Source: Mobilicoccus sp.
Lineage (GTDB): Bacteria > Actinomycetota > Actinomycetes > Actinomycetales > Dermatophilaceae
Reading direction: 5' to 3'
Assembly: GCA_030538585.1 (NCBI GenBank)
Contig: JAUNTP010000001.1
Coordinates: forward strand, 2,380 to 55,033
DNA length: 52,654 nucleotides
Made by a program: the position numbers and the translations under genes. Below, piece after piece: positions 19,472 to 29,195 of this stretch (its first letter is position 1; every line of letters starts with the position of its first letter). The notes beneath the pieces are model-generated. The model ran no database searches. It saw only the letters and a program-made list of their open reading frames with translations, and had not been told where the DNA came from.

Positions 19472-20359
19472 GTGACTCACGAGACGCTGCCCTTCGTCAA
19501 AGGCCACGGCACGGAGAACGATTTCGTGCTCGTCCCCGACCCCGAGGGTGTGCACGACCTCAGCGACGCTCAGGTGCGGCTGCTCGCCGACCGGCAGGCC
19601 GGCATCGGTGGCGACGGGGTGATCCGGGTCGTCCCGACCCGCCACGCGACGGAGCCCGCGGTGCGGGCGCTCGCGGACGACGCGCCGTGGTTCATGGACT
19701 ACCGCAACGCCGACGGCAGCCGGGCCGAGATGTGCGGCAACGGCACGCGCGTCTTTGCCGCCTTCCTGCAGAACCGAGGGTGGGCGAGCAGTGACACCAT
19801 CCCCATCGCGACCCGCGCGGGCATCAAGACGGCGCACGTCGAACGGGGCGCGCACGACGAGGTGACGTACGCGGTCGAGGTGGGGCCGTGGTCGTTGGTC
19901 GACCCGGGCGCCGAGGCGCAGGGGTACGACACGCTGGTGGCGCTTCCGGGTCTGGAGCCGCTGCCGGGGTTGTCCTTCAGCCTCGGTAACCCGCATGTGG
20001 TCGTCGTCATCCCGGAGCATGTCGACCTCATGAGCCTGGACCTCACCCAGCCCCCGGTGCTCAACCCGGCACCCGAGGGGGGCGCCAACGTCGAGCTCGC
20101 GCAACCACTGGGCCCAGGTCATCTGCAGATGCGGGTGCACGAGCGCGGCGTGGGGGAGACCCGCTCGTGCGGCACGGGTGCTGCTGCCGCGGCGCTCGCG
20201 CTCACGGTGTGGAGCGGTGCGGACCGCAACGACGCGACCTGGCGGGTGGACGTGCCCGGCGGCACGCTCACCGTGCGCGCACGACCCGACCAGCGCGTCG
20301 AGCTCGCCGGCCCGGCCGTGCTCGTCGCCGAAGGGCAGGTGTGGGTCCCGTCGGCGTGA
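19472..20359 (+). CDS. dapF: Diaminopimelate epimerase
   Basis: KGHGTENDF, GIGGDG, NADGSRAEMCGNG, GNPH, ERGVGETRSCGTG. Confidence 0.97.
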   Translation: MTHETLPFVKGHGTENDFVLVPDPEGVHDLSDAQVRLLADRQAGIGGDGVIRVVPTRHATEPAVRALADDAPWFMDYRNADGSRAEMCGNGTRVFAAFLQNRGWASSDTIPIATRAGIKTAHVERGAHDEVTYAVEVGPWSLVDPGAEAQGYDTLVALPGLEPLPGLSFSLGNPHVVVVIPEHVDLMSLDLTQPPVLNPAPEGGANVELAQPLGPGHLQMRVHERGVGETRSCGTGAAAAALALTVWSGADRNDATWRVDVPGGTLTVRARPDQRVELAGPAVLVAEGQVWVPSA

Positions 20360-20368
20360 GCGGCTGAT

Positions 20369-21805
20369 TCAGGCGCGCTCCATCTCGCGCAGGTCCTCGA
20401 CGGAGTAGCGGTTGAGCTTGGAGGTGCGGCGTCCCACCAGCAGGTACCAGAGGACGACGACGAGGCTCCACACGGCGAACCCGATCATCGTCAGCGCGTC
20501 GAGCTGCACGATGAGGTAGAGGCAGCCCACGACGGTGAGGATCGGCGTGACCGGGTAGCCGGGGATGCTGAAGCCGCGCTTGAGGTCGGGGCGGCGTCGA
20601 CGCAGGATCATGACGCCGACCGCGACGACGAGGAACGCGGTGAGCGTGCCGATGCTCGTCATCTCGGCGAGGAGCTCGATGGGCAGCAGCCCGGCGAGGA
20701 TCGCGACGGCGACACCGACGACGATGATCGACCTGGTCGGCACCTTGGTGCGCGGGTTCACCCTGGACAGCGCCTCGGGGAGCAGGCCGTCTCGGCTGAT
20801 GACGTAGAGGATGCGTGTCTGGCCGAACATCACGACCAGGGTGACGCTGAAGATCGAGATGATCGCGCCTGCGGCGAGCAGGGTCCCGGGCCAGGTGGCG
20901 CCGATGATGTTCTGCAGGATCTGCGCGAGGCCTGCGGTCTGCCCTTCGAACTGGGTCCAGTGCTGGGCGCCGATCGCGGCGGTCGCGACGAGCACGTAGA
21001 ACCCGATGACGGTGACGAGGGCGATGATGAGCGCTTTCGGGAGGGTCTTTTGCGGGTCCTTCACTTCTTCGGCGGCGGTGGCGACCGCGTCGAGGCCGAT
21101 GTAGGAGAAGAAGATGATGCCGGCGGCGGCGGTGACACCGTTGACGCCGAAGGGGGCGAACTCGGCGAAGTTGTCGATGTTCCAGCCGGTGAAGCCGACG
21201 GCGATGAAGAACGCGAGCACGCCGAGTTTGATGATGACCATGATGGAGTTGACCCAGGCCGACTCGGACAATCCGCGCAGCAACAGCAGCGTGACGAGGG
21301 CGACGAGAATGATGGCGGGCAGGTTGACCATGCCACCCTCTTCGGGTGACATGGCGAGGGCGTCGGGGATCTGCCACCCGATGACGTTGCCGAGGAATTG
21401 GTTGAGGTATTCCGACCAGCCGACGGCGACCGCGGCGGAGGAGACGCCGTACTCCAGCAGCAGGCATCCGGCGACGAACATGGCGACGAGCTCGCCCATG
21501 GTGACGTACGCGTAGGAGTAGGAGGAGCCGGAGATCGGCACGACGCTCGCGAGTTCGGCGTAGCAGAGGGCGGTGAGCCCGGCGACGATGCCAGCGACGA
21601 CGAAGGAGACGATGACGGCGGGCCCGGCCTCGGGGACGGCGGCGCGCATGACGAAGAAGATGCCGGTGCCGATGGTGGCCCCGATACCGATGGCCGCCAA
21701 GTGCCAGAGTCCGAGATTGCGCGAGAGGCCGTCGCCGTCCGAGGCGCTGCTGACAGCGAGAGCGACGGGCTTGCGTCGGCCGAGTTGCTCGGCGAATGTC
21801 GACAT
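20369..21805 (-). CDS. APC-family amino acid permease
   Basis: GIGATIGTGIF, YAELAS..P.SGSSYSY, FFSYIGLD, EEVKDPQKTLP, SRDGLLP; many TM helices. Confidence 0.93.
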   Translation of the reverse strand: MSTFAEQLGRRKPVALAVSSASDGDGLSRNLGLWHLAAIGIGATIGTGIFFVMRAAVPEAGPAVIVSFVVAGIVAGLTALCYAELASVVPISGSSYSYAYVTMGELVAMFVAGCLLLEYGVSSAAVAVGWSEYLNQFLGNVIGWQIPDALAMSPEEGGMVNLPAIILVALVTLLLLRGLSESAWVNSIMVIIKLGVLAFFIAVGFTGWNIDNFAEFAPFGVNGVTAAAGIIFFSYIGLDAVATAAEEVKDPQKTLPKALIIALVTVIGFYVLVATAAIGAQHWTQFEGQTAGLAQILQNIIGATWPGTLLAAGAIISIFSVTLVVMFGQTRILYVISRDGLLPEALSRVNPRTKVPTRSIIVVGVAVAILAGLLPIELLAEMTSIGTLTAFLVVAVGVMILRRRRPDLKRGFSIPGYPVTPILTVVGCLYLIVQLDALTMIGFAVWSLVVVLWYLLVGRRTSKLNRYSVEDLREMERA

Positions 21806-21944
21806 AGGGGGTTCCTTCGCGCGACATGGTGCCGCGGGCGGAGTGTGCCCACGGTCAGGTGAACGGTGGTGTGCCGTTCATCGACGGTCCCATAGGCGGG
21901 TGGGGCGGGGCCGAGGGTTTCTGCGCAGAGGTGACGTTGGTCCC

Positions 21945-22454
21945 TCAGAGGCTGACGCCGGTGGCGGCGGCGACGTGGGATTCGAGCGTCTCGAACTGGT
22001 CAGCGACGTCGATGTCGGGGGTGAGGGCGTGGATCGTGACTCGGTCGCCGGTGACGCCCTGGACCAGCGCGCCGGGTAGCAGGCCCATGAGGCCGATCGT
22101 CAGGCCCCGCGCGAGTCCGGGGCCGATGCGCAGGTCGACGTCGACCTCGAGGGGGTCCACGTCGACGGGGCGCGCCAGGGCGCGGCGTGACACATCGACA
22201 CCACCCCGCACCGCCTGCGCCACGAGCCACACGAGCAGCCGCGCGGTGCCCGTCACCCGCGGGAGCACGGGCCGGGGCGCGGTCGGTGGCACGAGGAGCA
22301 GGCTGATCCACGTCGCGACCGGGACCGCGACGAGGGCGTACGCCAGGTAGCTCGCCCGGCCCTCGGTGAGGATCCACCAGCACAGCGCCAGCACCACCAG
22401 CCTGGCCGCCACCGCAGGGATGAGTCGCCCACGTGGCTCGGTCGACGCGCTCAT
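21945..22454 (-). CDS. mrpE: Mrp/Mnh antiporter subunit E
   Basis: WWILT, GGVDVSRRAL, LLPGAL...IHAL pattern; last gene of the coupled operon. Confidence 0.8.
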   Translation of the reverse strand: MSASTEPRGRLIPAVAARLVVLALCWWILTEGRASYLAYALVAVPVATWISLLLVPPTAPRPVLPRVTGTARLLVWLVAQAVRGGVDVSRRALARPVDVDPLEVDVDLRIGPGLARGLTIGLMGLLPGALVQGVTGDRVTIHALTPDIDVADQFETLESHVAAATGVSL

Positions 22455-24229
22455 CCGATCCTCCCGCCGAGTGCCCCCGCGGCGACGGCCGCCGCCACGA
22501 GCACCAAGATCGTCACGAGAATGAGCAGGCCGCTCACCCGCCAGCCGAGGGCCTCCTCGGCGGCCTCGACGCGACTGCCACCATCCTCCAGGCGCCGCCC
22601 GAGGCCCTGTCCCACCTCGACCACACGATCCCGCGCCGACGTCACCCCGGCGACGACCTGCCCGGCGGCGCGACCCAGCCCCCGAGAGGCCGCCTCCACC
22701 GGGACGACGACATCACCGACGGGCAGCCGGTCGCGCCACAGGCCCGCCGACCAGTCACGACGCCGCGCGAGCAGCCACACCAGGCCCCCGACCGCGAGGC
22801 CGACGAGGACCGGCCATGTCGCATCCCACAGGGTCACGGGGTCGAGGCCCGGCACGTCGGACAGCGGCACCCACGCGCCGCTGAGCAGCCACGGCACGCT
22901 CACCGACGTCAGGACGAGGACACTCCACGCCGTCAGCTCGGAGCGTTCGGGTGTGGGCTCGGTATCCGAGCCGCGCAGAATCCACGCGAAGCGGAGCAGC
23001 AGCAGCGTGGAGCCGGTCGCCACCCACGGCAGCAGGTCGTACGGCTCCACCTCGAGGATCGTGGCGCCCTTGATCGCCTCCTTCGCGGCGTACTTGCCGA
23101 CCGACCCCGCACTGAGCGGCGATCCGACCACGGCCAAGGAGGCGAGCACGAGTCCGGCCACGACGACGAGACGTCGACCGGGCGTCTGCGGGCTCGCGTG
23201 ACGCTTCCAGACCGACACACCGAGGAACAGCGCGCCTTTGGCGAGGCCGTGGTGGACGGCGTAGATGAGGGCCGCGGTGATGCAGGCGCCCGCGAGGTCG
23301 GGGCGGGCGAGCGCCACCCCGACGACCGCGCCGAGGAAACCCATCTGGCTGATCGTCGAGTACGCCAGCACGGCCTTGGGGTCGCGCTGCACGGCACCGA
23401 CCAGCACGGCCGCGAAGGCGCCGAAGAGGGCGAGGACCGTGAGCACCGTTCCCGTAGCAGGCATCTCGGCCTCACCGAGCGGCAGGAACCGGAGCCACCC
23501 GATGAGGCCGGCCTTGACCATGGCGCCGGAGAGCACGGCGCTGGCGGGCGGCGGCGCGGCCGGGTGCGCCAAGGGGAGCCAGAAATGCAGCGGAACCAAC
23601 CCCGCCTTGACGCCGAACCCGGCGATGAGGAGGCCGACGATGAGCCCGGCCTGGTCGGAGGCGGCGACCGCTGCCGGGACCTCTTCGACGAGGCGCGCTC
23701 CGGCGTGGTCGATGAGCAGCAGCGCTGCGAGGATCGCGGTCTCGCTGACGACGGTGAGGGCCAGATAGACCCGCCCCGCCCGCGCGGTCTTCTCTGAGCG
23801 CTCGTGCAGGACGAGCCACAGGGCGCCGAAGCTCATGAGCGCGAAACCGAGGTAGAACGTGATCGTGTCGTGGGCGAGATAGACCAACGCGTTGCCCACG
23901 AAGCAGGTGAGCAGCGCGGCGATGAGGTGCGCCGCACGGTCCTCCAGGCGCCACGTGACGGCCTGTACGGCCGCACCGTAGAGCAGCACCGCGACGAGGA
24001 ACAGTGCGCGGGACACGACGTCGACGGCGAGGGTCGTCCCGCGCACCAGCCAGTCCAGCGTGAGCGGGTCGGGGGCGAGGACGGCCAGCACACCGGCGGG
24101 CACGAGGGCCACCGGAGCACCCCTGATGAGCAGGCCCGTGACGCGGCGCCACGCACCGTCGCCGCGCTGGGTCGTCGCGAGGGCCGTCGCCCAGAGCAGG
24201 GGCAGCACGAGGGCGAGAGCGAACCACAT
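22451..24229 (-). CDS. Antiporter-like (MrpD/NuoLMN family) subunit 3
   Basis: GFGVKAGLVPLHFWLPLAHPAAPPPASAVLSG, LAYSTISQMG, HGLAKGALF; TM5 Glu replaced by Ala. Confidence 0.88.
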   Translation of the reverse strand: MWFALALVLPLLWATALATTQRGDGAWRRVTGLLIRGAPVALVPAGVLAVLAPDPLTLDWLVRGTTLAVDVVSRALFLVAVLLYGAAVQAVTWRLEDRAAHLIAALLTCFVGNALVYLAHDTITFYLGFALMSFGALWLVLHERSEKTARAGRVYLALTVVSETAILAALLLIDHAGARLVEEVPAAVAASDQAGLIVGLLIAGFGVKAGLVPLHFWLPLAHPAAPPPASAVLSGAMVKAGLIGWLRFLPLGEAEMPATGTVLTVLALFGAFAAVLVGAVQRDPKAVLAYSTISQMGFLGAVVGVALARPDLAGACITAALIYAVHHGLAKGALFLGVSVWKRHASPQTPGRRLVVVAGLVLASLAVVGSPLSAGSVGKYAAKEAIKGATILEVEPYDLLPWVATGSTLLLLRFAWILRGSDTEPTPERSELTAWSVLVLTSVSVPWLLSGAWVPLSDVPGLDPVTLWDATWPVLVGLAVGGLVWLLARRRDWSAGLWRDRLPVGDVVVPVEAASRGLGRAAGQVVAGVTSARDRVVEVGQGLGRRLEDGGSRVEAAEEALGWRVSGLLILVTILVLVAAAVAAGALGGRIG

Positions 24230-25743
24230 CAGAGGTAGATCCTCTCGGCGATGTGCCGGGCGATGTCCAGCGGCGAGTACGGCATCCCGGCGACGAGCCC
24301 GGCCCCGAGGGACAGGGCAGCCGTCGCGAGGGCAGGGAGCAGGAGGGAGGCGGGCGCCTCCAGCCGGGGCCGGACCCGGTACTCGGGCTCGTCGTAGGCG
24401 CTCTCGTCGGGCTCGGCGAACCACATCGACCACACGACGGGCAGGAAGTACGCCGAGTTGAGCAGGGCGCTGACCAGCAGCACGACCAGCACCCAGTCGG
24501 CCCCGGCGTCGAGAGCGCCGGAGGCGATCTGCCACTTGGTGATGAACCCGGCCGTGGGCGGCAACCCGATCATGCCGGCGGCGCCGATGGTGAACGCTGC
24601 GGCCGTGAGAGGCATCCGTCGGCCGAGACCCGCGAGGCCGGCGATGCTCTTGACGCCGAGTCGTTCGGCGATGAGGCCCGCGCAGAAGAACAGGGTGATC
24701 TTCGCCAAGCCCTGATGCACGAGGTGGACGAGGCCACCGGTCGTGGCGACCTCACTGAAGATCGACAGGCCGAGCGCCACGTAACTGACCTGGCTGACGG
24801 TCGAGTAGGCGAGCCGCTTCTTGAGGTCGGTCTGCACGAGAGCGCGCACCGACCCGTAGAGGATCGTCACCGCGGCGACGACGGCCAGGGGAGTGAGCAG
24901 GCCCAGGTCGTGGGCGACGTGGACGCCGTACACGTCGTCGACGACGCGGGTGATGCCGAAGACACCGGCCTTGACGACGGCGACGGCGTGCAGCAGGGCG
25001 CTGACGGGAGCGGGCGCCACCATGGCCCGCGGCAGCCAGGAGTGCAGGGGGAACAGCGCCGCTTTGACGGCCAGGCCCGCGATGAGGAGGGCGAAGATGG
25101 CGGTCGCGGTGGCGGGGTCCTCCGCCGCGAGCTCGGCGACCGCGTCGGCGCCGCCGGGGGTGAACGTGACCGGCCCGACGAGCACCGTCAGCCACGCGAC
25201 ACCGACGAGCAGGATGAGGCCGCCGCCGAGGGCGTAGTAGAGGTACAGCCGCGCCGCCCGCAGCGCCGAGGAGGTGCCGTAGTGGGCGACGAGGGGGTAG
25301 GTGACGAGCGACAGCAGCTCGTAGAACAGCAGGAACGTGATGAGGTTGTGCGAGAACGACAGCCCGACCGTGGCGGTGACGCACAGGCTGAAGAAGCCGA
25401 AGAACCGGCTGCGGTTCGGCTTGTTCTCCAGGTAGCCGATCGCGTAGATCGTCGTCGCGAGCCACAGGACGGCCGAGAGCCCCGAGAAGAACAGCGACAG
25501 GGCGTCCACCTGCAGGGACAGGTCGATGCCCGGCACGAGCGGCATCGTGAATTCCGGAGCGATCTGCTCCTCGAACACCAGGGGAACGACGAGGGCGAGC
25601 ACGCCGATCTTCGCCACCGCGGCGCCGATGTTGACGATCGAGCGTGACCGGACGGCCTGCCCGCGCAGGAAGAAGATGAGCAGCGCGGGCACGAGCGAGA
25701 TCCCGATGAGCACGATCGGGACCAGGGGCAGGAAGGCGCTCAT
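24229..25743 (-). CDS. mrpD: Antiporter-like (MrpD family) subunit 2
   Basis: FLLFYELLS, VKAALFPLHSWLPRAMVAPAPVSALLHAVAVVKAG, LAYSTVSQ, GFITKW. Confidence 0.88.
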   Translation of the reverse strand: MSAFLPLVPIVLIGISLVPALLIFFLRGQAVRSRSIVNIGAAVAKIGVLALVVPLVFEEQIAPEFTMPLVPGIDLSLQVDALSLFFSGLSAVLWLATTIYAIGYLENKPNRSRFFGFFSLCVTATVGLSFSHNLITFLLFYELLSLVTYPLVAHYGTSSALRAARLYLYYALGGGLILLVGVAWLTVLVGPVTFTPGGADAVAELAAEDPATATAIFALLIAGLAVKAALFPLHSWLPRAMVAPAPVSALLHAVAVVKAGVFGITRVVDDVYGVHVAHDLGLLTPLAVVAAVTILYGSVRALVQTDLKKRLAYSTVSQVSYVALGLSIFSEVATTGGLVHLVHQGLAKITLFFCAGLIAERLGVKSIAGLAGLGRRMPLTAAAFTIGAAGMIGLPPTAGFITKWQIASGALDAGADWVLVVLLVSALLNSAYFLPVVWSMWFAEPDESAYDEPEYRVRPRLEAPASLLLPALATAALSLGAGLVAGMPYSPLDIARHIAERIYL

Positions 25744-27200
25744 GCGATCCCCACCAGCGACAGCCCGATGAGCTCGGTGGCGAACATCCCGCCGATGAGC
25801 GAGCACAGGGCGAGGGCGAGCGGGATGAAGCGCTGCGCGGCCGGGCGCTCGCTGGGGTCGACGCGGCCGACCTCCTCCTCGGTGTCGGAGTCGCGCAGGG
25901 TCGCCGCGATGGGGCGCAGCACGTAACCGGCCGCGAGGAGGCTGCCGAGGAGCAGGACGATGACCACCCACCACGTCCCGGACGTGATGGCCACGGCCAG
26001 GTACTCCCACTTGGCGATGAACCCGAGAGAGATCGGCAGTCCGACGAGGCTGATGGCGGCGATCATCATGGCCGCGGTGACGGTGCGCTGCTCGCGGGAG
26101 GTGCCGACGAGGCCGTCGATCTCGTCGGTCCCGGTGCCGAGCACGAGCGTCCCGGCGGCGAGGAAGAGGGCGGCCTTGGCGAAGCCGTGGGCGAGTGCCA
26201 TGACGACCGCGGCGGCGAGCACGAGCGCGCGATCCTCCGTCGTCGGAGCGGCGATGAGCAGCGGGAACACGAGGAACAGGTAGCCGACCTGTGCGATCGT
26301 CGAGTACGCGACGACCCGCTTGAGGTGGCTCTGGCGCAACGCGACGAGACCCCCGGCGAGCACGGCGCCCGTGCCGAGGACGCCCAGCACGGCGGCGATG
26401 ATCGCGTCCGGGGCGAACACGTCGAGCCAGAGCCGCAGCAGTAGGTAGTACGAGCCCTTGACCACGAGCGCCGACAGCAGCGCGCTCACCGCGGGCGGGG
26501 CGCCCGCGTGGGCCGGGGGCAGCCAGGCGTGCAGCGGCCACAGGGCGGTCTTGAGGGCCAGACCGGCCGCCGCGAAGGCCAGCGGCAGGCGGGTCAGCGA
26601 CGGGTCGTCGGCGAGGATCTCGCCCGCGAGCCGCATGTCGAGGGTGCCGGCCGCCGCGTAGACGTACCCGACGGCCAGCAGCACGAGGAAGGAGCCGACC
26701 ACCGCGACCACGAGATAGCGCAACGCCGCCTTCGCGGCGTCGGCGGTACCACCGAGCGCGACGAGCCCGACGGCGGCGAGGCTGAGCACCTCCAGAGAGA
26801 CGTAGGCGTTGAAGAGGTCGCCGGTGACGAAGCAGGCATTGAGCCCGCACCACACGAGGAAGGTCAGCGGCCAGAACCCGGTGACGCGGCCCGTCGCGTC
26901 CTCCTCGCTCGCCGCATACACGCTGGCCCCGAGGGCGACCAGGCTGGTGAGCAGGATGAACGCGGCCGAGAGACCGTCGGCCCGCAGCGCGATGCCGAGC
27001 GGTGGCGCCCAGCCGGCCAGCACGTGTTCGAGGGCGCCGACGCGGGCGACCGACGCGACGAGCCACAGGCCGAGGCCGGCCGAGAGGAACGCGCCGACGA
27101 TGCCGACCGGCATCTGCAAACGGCGCGGCAGGGGCAGCGCGATCGTCGCGACGAGCGCGGGGACGAGCACGACCGCGGGCAGGAGGACGTCCGCGCTCAT
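25740..27200 (-). CDS. mrpD: Mrp antiporter subunit D (1)
   Basis: GWAPPLGI, GDLFNAYVSLE, KTALWPLHAWLPPAH, AYSTIAQVGY, GFIAKW. Confidence 0.9.
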   Translation of the reverse strand: MSADVLLPAVVLVPALVATIALPLPRRLQMPVGIVGAFLSAGLGLWLVASVARVGALEHVLAGWAPPLGIALRADGLSAAFILLTSLVALGASVYAASEEDATGRVTGFWPLTFLVWCGLNACFVTGDLFNAYVSLEVLSLAAVGLVALGGTADAAKAALRYLVVAVVGSFLVLLAVGYVYAAAGTLDMRLAGEILADDPSLTRLPLAFAAAGLALKTALWPLHAWLPPAHAGAPPAVSALLSALVVKGSYYLLLRLWLDVFAPDAIIAAVLGVLGTGAVLAGGLVALRQSHLKRVVAYSTIAQVGYLFLVFPLLIAAPTTEDRALVLAAAVVMALAHGFAKAALFLAAGTLVLGTGTDEIDGLVGTSREQRTVTAAMMIAAISLVGLPISLGFIAKWEYLAVAITSGTWWVVIVLLLGSLLAAGYVLRPIAATLRDSDTEEEVGRVDPSERPAAQRFIPLALALCSLIGGMFATELIGLSLVGIA

Positions 27201-27598
27201 GGGGCGTCCTCCTCAGTGCGTGCGCCCTGCTCGGGTTCGTCGGCCTCGGCGTCGGCGTCCGGATCGTCATCGGTCTCGTCCTCCGTGTCGTCCTGCGCGG
27301 AGCGGACCGCGAGAACGAGAGCGACCCCGGTCACCGCCACGGTGATGACGATCCCGGTGAGGGCGAGGGCCTGCGGGATCGCATCGGGGGTGTCGGTGCG
27401 CGTCGAGAGGCCGACGAGGACGAGCAGCGTGCCGGCGCCGGTGACGTTGAGGGCGACGAGGCGCGCGATGGGGTCCTCGGTCGTGAGCAACCGGCCGAGC
27501 CCGAGAGCCGTGAGCACGGCCGCGAGCCACAGGGTCCACGTCGTCACGTCGAGGTTCTCCCCGAAGAGCGTCGTGGCGGAGGCGACGGTGGCACTCAT
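27197..27598 (-). CDS. mrpC: Mrp antiporter subunit C
   Basis: DAIPQALALTGIVI signature, 3 TM helices, acidic tail; ATGA overlap. Confidence 0.88.
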   Translation of the reverse strand: MSATVASATTLFGENLDVTTWTLWLAAVLTALGLGRLLTTEDPIARLVALNVTGAGTLLVLVGLSTRTDTPDAIPQALALTGIVITVAVTGVALVLAVRSAQDDTEDETDDDPDADAEADEPEQGARTEEDAP

Positions 27599-28497
27599 GC
27601 GCGGCCTCGGGCCGTGGCGAGGTAGAGCATCGCGAGGGAGAACCCGATCGTCACGGCGAGCGCCGCTTCGAGGACGAGGATGATCGTGCCGGCGAAGTCG
27701 CCGCGCAGCAGCAGCCACGTGTCGCCGGAGACGATGAGACCGCCGACCGCGACGGCGAGGAACGCCGCGAGGCCGGCCGACAGCAGCATCCGGGTGAGCG
27801 GGCCCAGGGTGAGGGGACGGACTCCGGAGGCGTGCAGCAGGATGAGCGTCGCCGCGACGACGGCCCCGGACTGGAACGCGCCACCGGGTCGGCTCGAGCC
27901 GGCCACGAGCAGCCATGCGGCGACGAGGAACAGCACCGGCGTCGTGACCCGGACGAGCGTGTCGAGGACGGCCGGGGGCGTGACCTGCACCGAGGGGCGG
28001 GGCACGAGCGCGAGAGCGACCGCGACGGCGGCCAGCAGAACGACGATTTCGAGCAACGTGTCGTAGGAGCGCAGGTTGAGCAGCACCCCCGTCACGGGGT
28101 GCTCGACGCCGGTGTCGGGCAACGCCTCGGTGACCTCGGCGGCGAGCCCGGCCCGGTCGAGGGCATCGGCGGCGCGCACCAGCGCGACACCCATGACCCC
28201 GCCGAGCACGCCGGAGGCGAGGAGCACCGGCACCGTCCACCGCGAGCGGGATCGGGGCTGCGGCGGATCGGGGAGTGCCGTGGCCGCGTGGACGAAGAGC
28301 GCGCCGGTGACCCCGGTCCCGATGGCGGCCTCGGCCAGGCCCACGTCGGGCGCGCCGATGAGACCCCAGTAGAGCGAGAGCATCGCTCCGAACACGAGGA
28401 ACCCGGCCACGGTGACGACGCGCCCGCGCCCGTAGAGCGCGACGAGGGCGGCGCCGACGACGACGACCGACACGGCGATGGGCAGGGCCATGCTCAC
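27595..28497 (-). CDS. mrpB: DUF4040 + MnhB fusion (MrpB / MrpA C-terminal part)
   Basis: APDVGLAEAAIGTG, HPVTGVLLNLRSYDTLLE, PGGAFQSG. Confidence 0.85.
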   Translation of the reverse strand: MSMALPIAVSVVVVGAALVALYGRGRVVTVAGFLVFGAMLSLYWGLIGAPDVGLAEAAIGTGVTGALFVHAATALPDPPQPRSRSRWTVPVLLASGVLGGVMGVALVRAADALDRAGLAAEVTEALPDTGVEHPVTGVLLNLRSYDTLLEIVVLLAAVAVALALVPRPSVQVTPPAVLDTLVRVTTPVLFLVAAWLLVAGSSRPGGAFQSGAVVAATLILLHASGVRPLTLGPLTRMLLSAGLAAFLAVAVGGLIVSGDTWLLLRGDFAGTIILVLEAALAVTIGFSLAMLYLATARGRA

Positions 28498-28799
28498 GCG
28501 GCCGCCTCGTCTCGCGCAGGTGGGTCGAGGGCGAGCAGGTGGGCGCTCGCGGCGGCCGCGGCGACGGCGAGGACGTAGATGAGGAGGATCTTCGCGGCGG
28601 CACCGATCGAGCCGGCCTGGGGGAGCAGGGCGAGGACGACGAACCCCAGCCCGAGTCCGTCGGCCTTCGCGAGGGCGTGCAGCCGAGAGCGGAGGTCGGC
28701 GAAGCGCAGCAGGCCGATCGTCCCGGCGGTGAAGAACGCGGCGCCGATCACGGCGCTGACGACGGTGATGACGTCGCCGAGCAGGGCGAGGGCGCTCAC
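28494..28799 (-). CDS. mrpG: Mrp antiporter subunit G
   Basis: GTIGLLRFADLRSRLHALAKADGLG. Confidence 0.88.
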   Translation of the reverse strand: MSALALLGDVITVVSAVIGAAFFTAGTIGLLRFADLRSRLHALAKADGLGLGFVVLALLPQAGSIGAAAKILLIYVLAVAAAAASAHLLALDPPARDEAAA

Positions 28800-29062
28800 G
28801 CCGCGCTCCTCGCGTGCTCGGCGGCCCATCGAACGACGACGACGACGGCAGCGAGCGCGACGATCGCGAGGGCGATGTCGCGCAGGGCCGACACATCGAG
28901 CAGCACCGAGGAGGTGGCGAGGGCTCCGGCGCCGGTGGTGCCCGCGAACAGCACCCCGGTGAGCCGGTCACGTCCGGTCGGTCCGCGAACGACACGGACG
29001 AGGCTGACGAGCACGTTGAGCACGAGAGCGACGACGAGCGCGGTCAGGACGACCTCGACCAC
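28796..29062 (-). CDS. mrpF: Mrp antiporter subunit F
   Basis: RVVRGPTGRDRL, DIALAIVAL; start codon uncertain. Confidence 0.82.
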   Translation of the reverse strand: MVEVVLTALVVALVLNVLVSLVRVVRGPTGRDRLTGVLFAGTTGAGALATSSVLLDVSALRDIALAIVALAAVVVVVRWAAEHARSAA

Positions 29063-29195
29063 GCTGGTCGAAGTCTCGAGGATCGGCCGGTGCAACAGGT
29101 CGGATCTCCGCGGGTGGTGAGAGGCAGGGGCGCGGGCGGTGTGCCCCATGAGTCTAGGAGAGCCGGACGGATCTGCGGGACGCGGCTCGCGCGGC

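Noticed and set aside
24229-27270. Single 1013-aa MrpA-like fusion from the ORF track
   Set aside because: The N-terminal half is an off-frame shadow of the 25740-27200 gene; real start is 25743 (ATGA overlap)
21945-29062. Membrane-bound hydrogenase or complex I operon
   Set aside because: No NiFe, Fe-S or NuoH-like subunits; E/F/G/B/C subunits indicate Mrp
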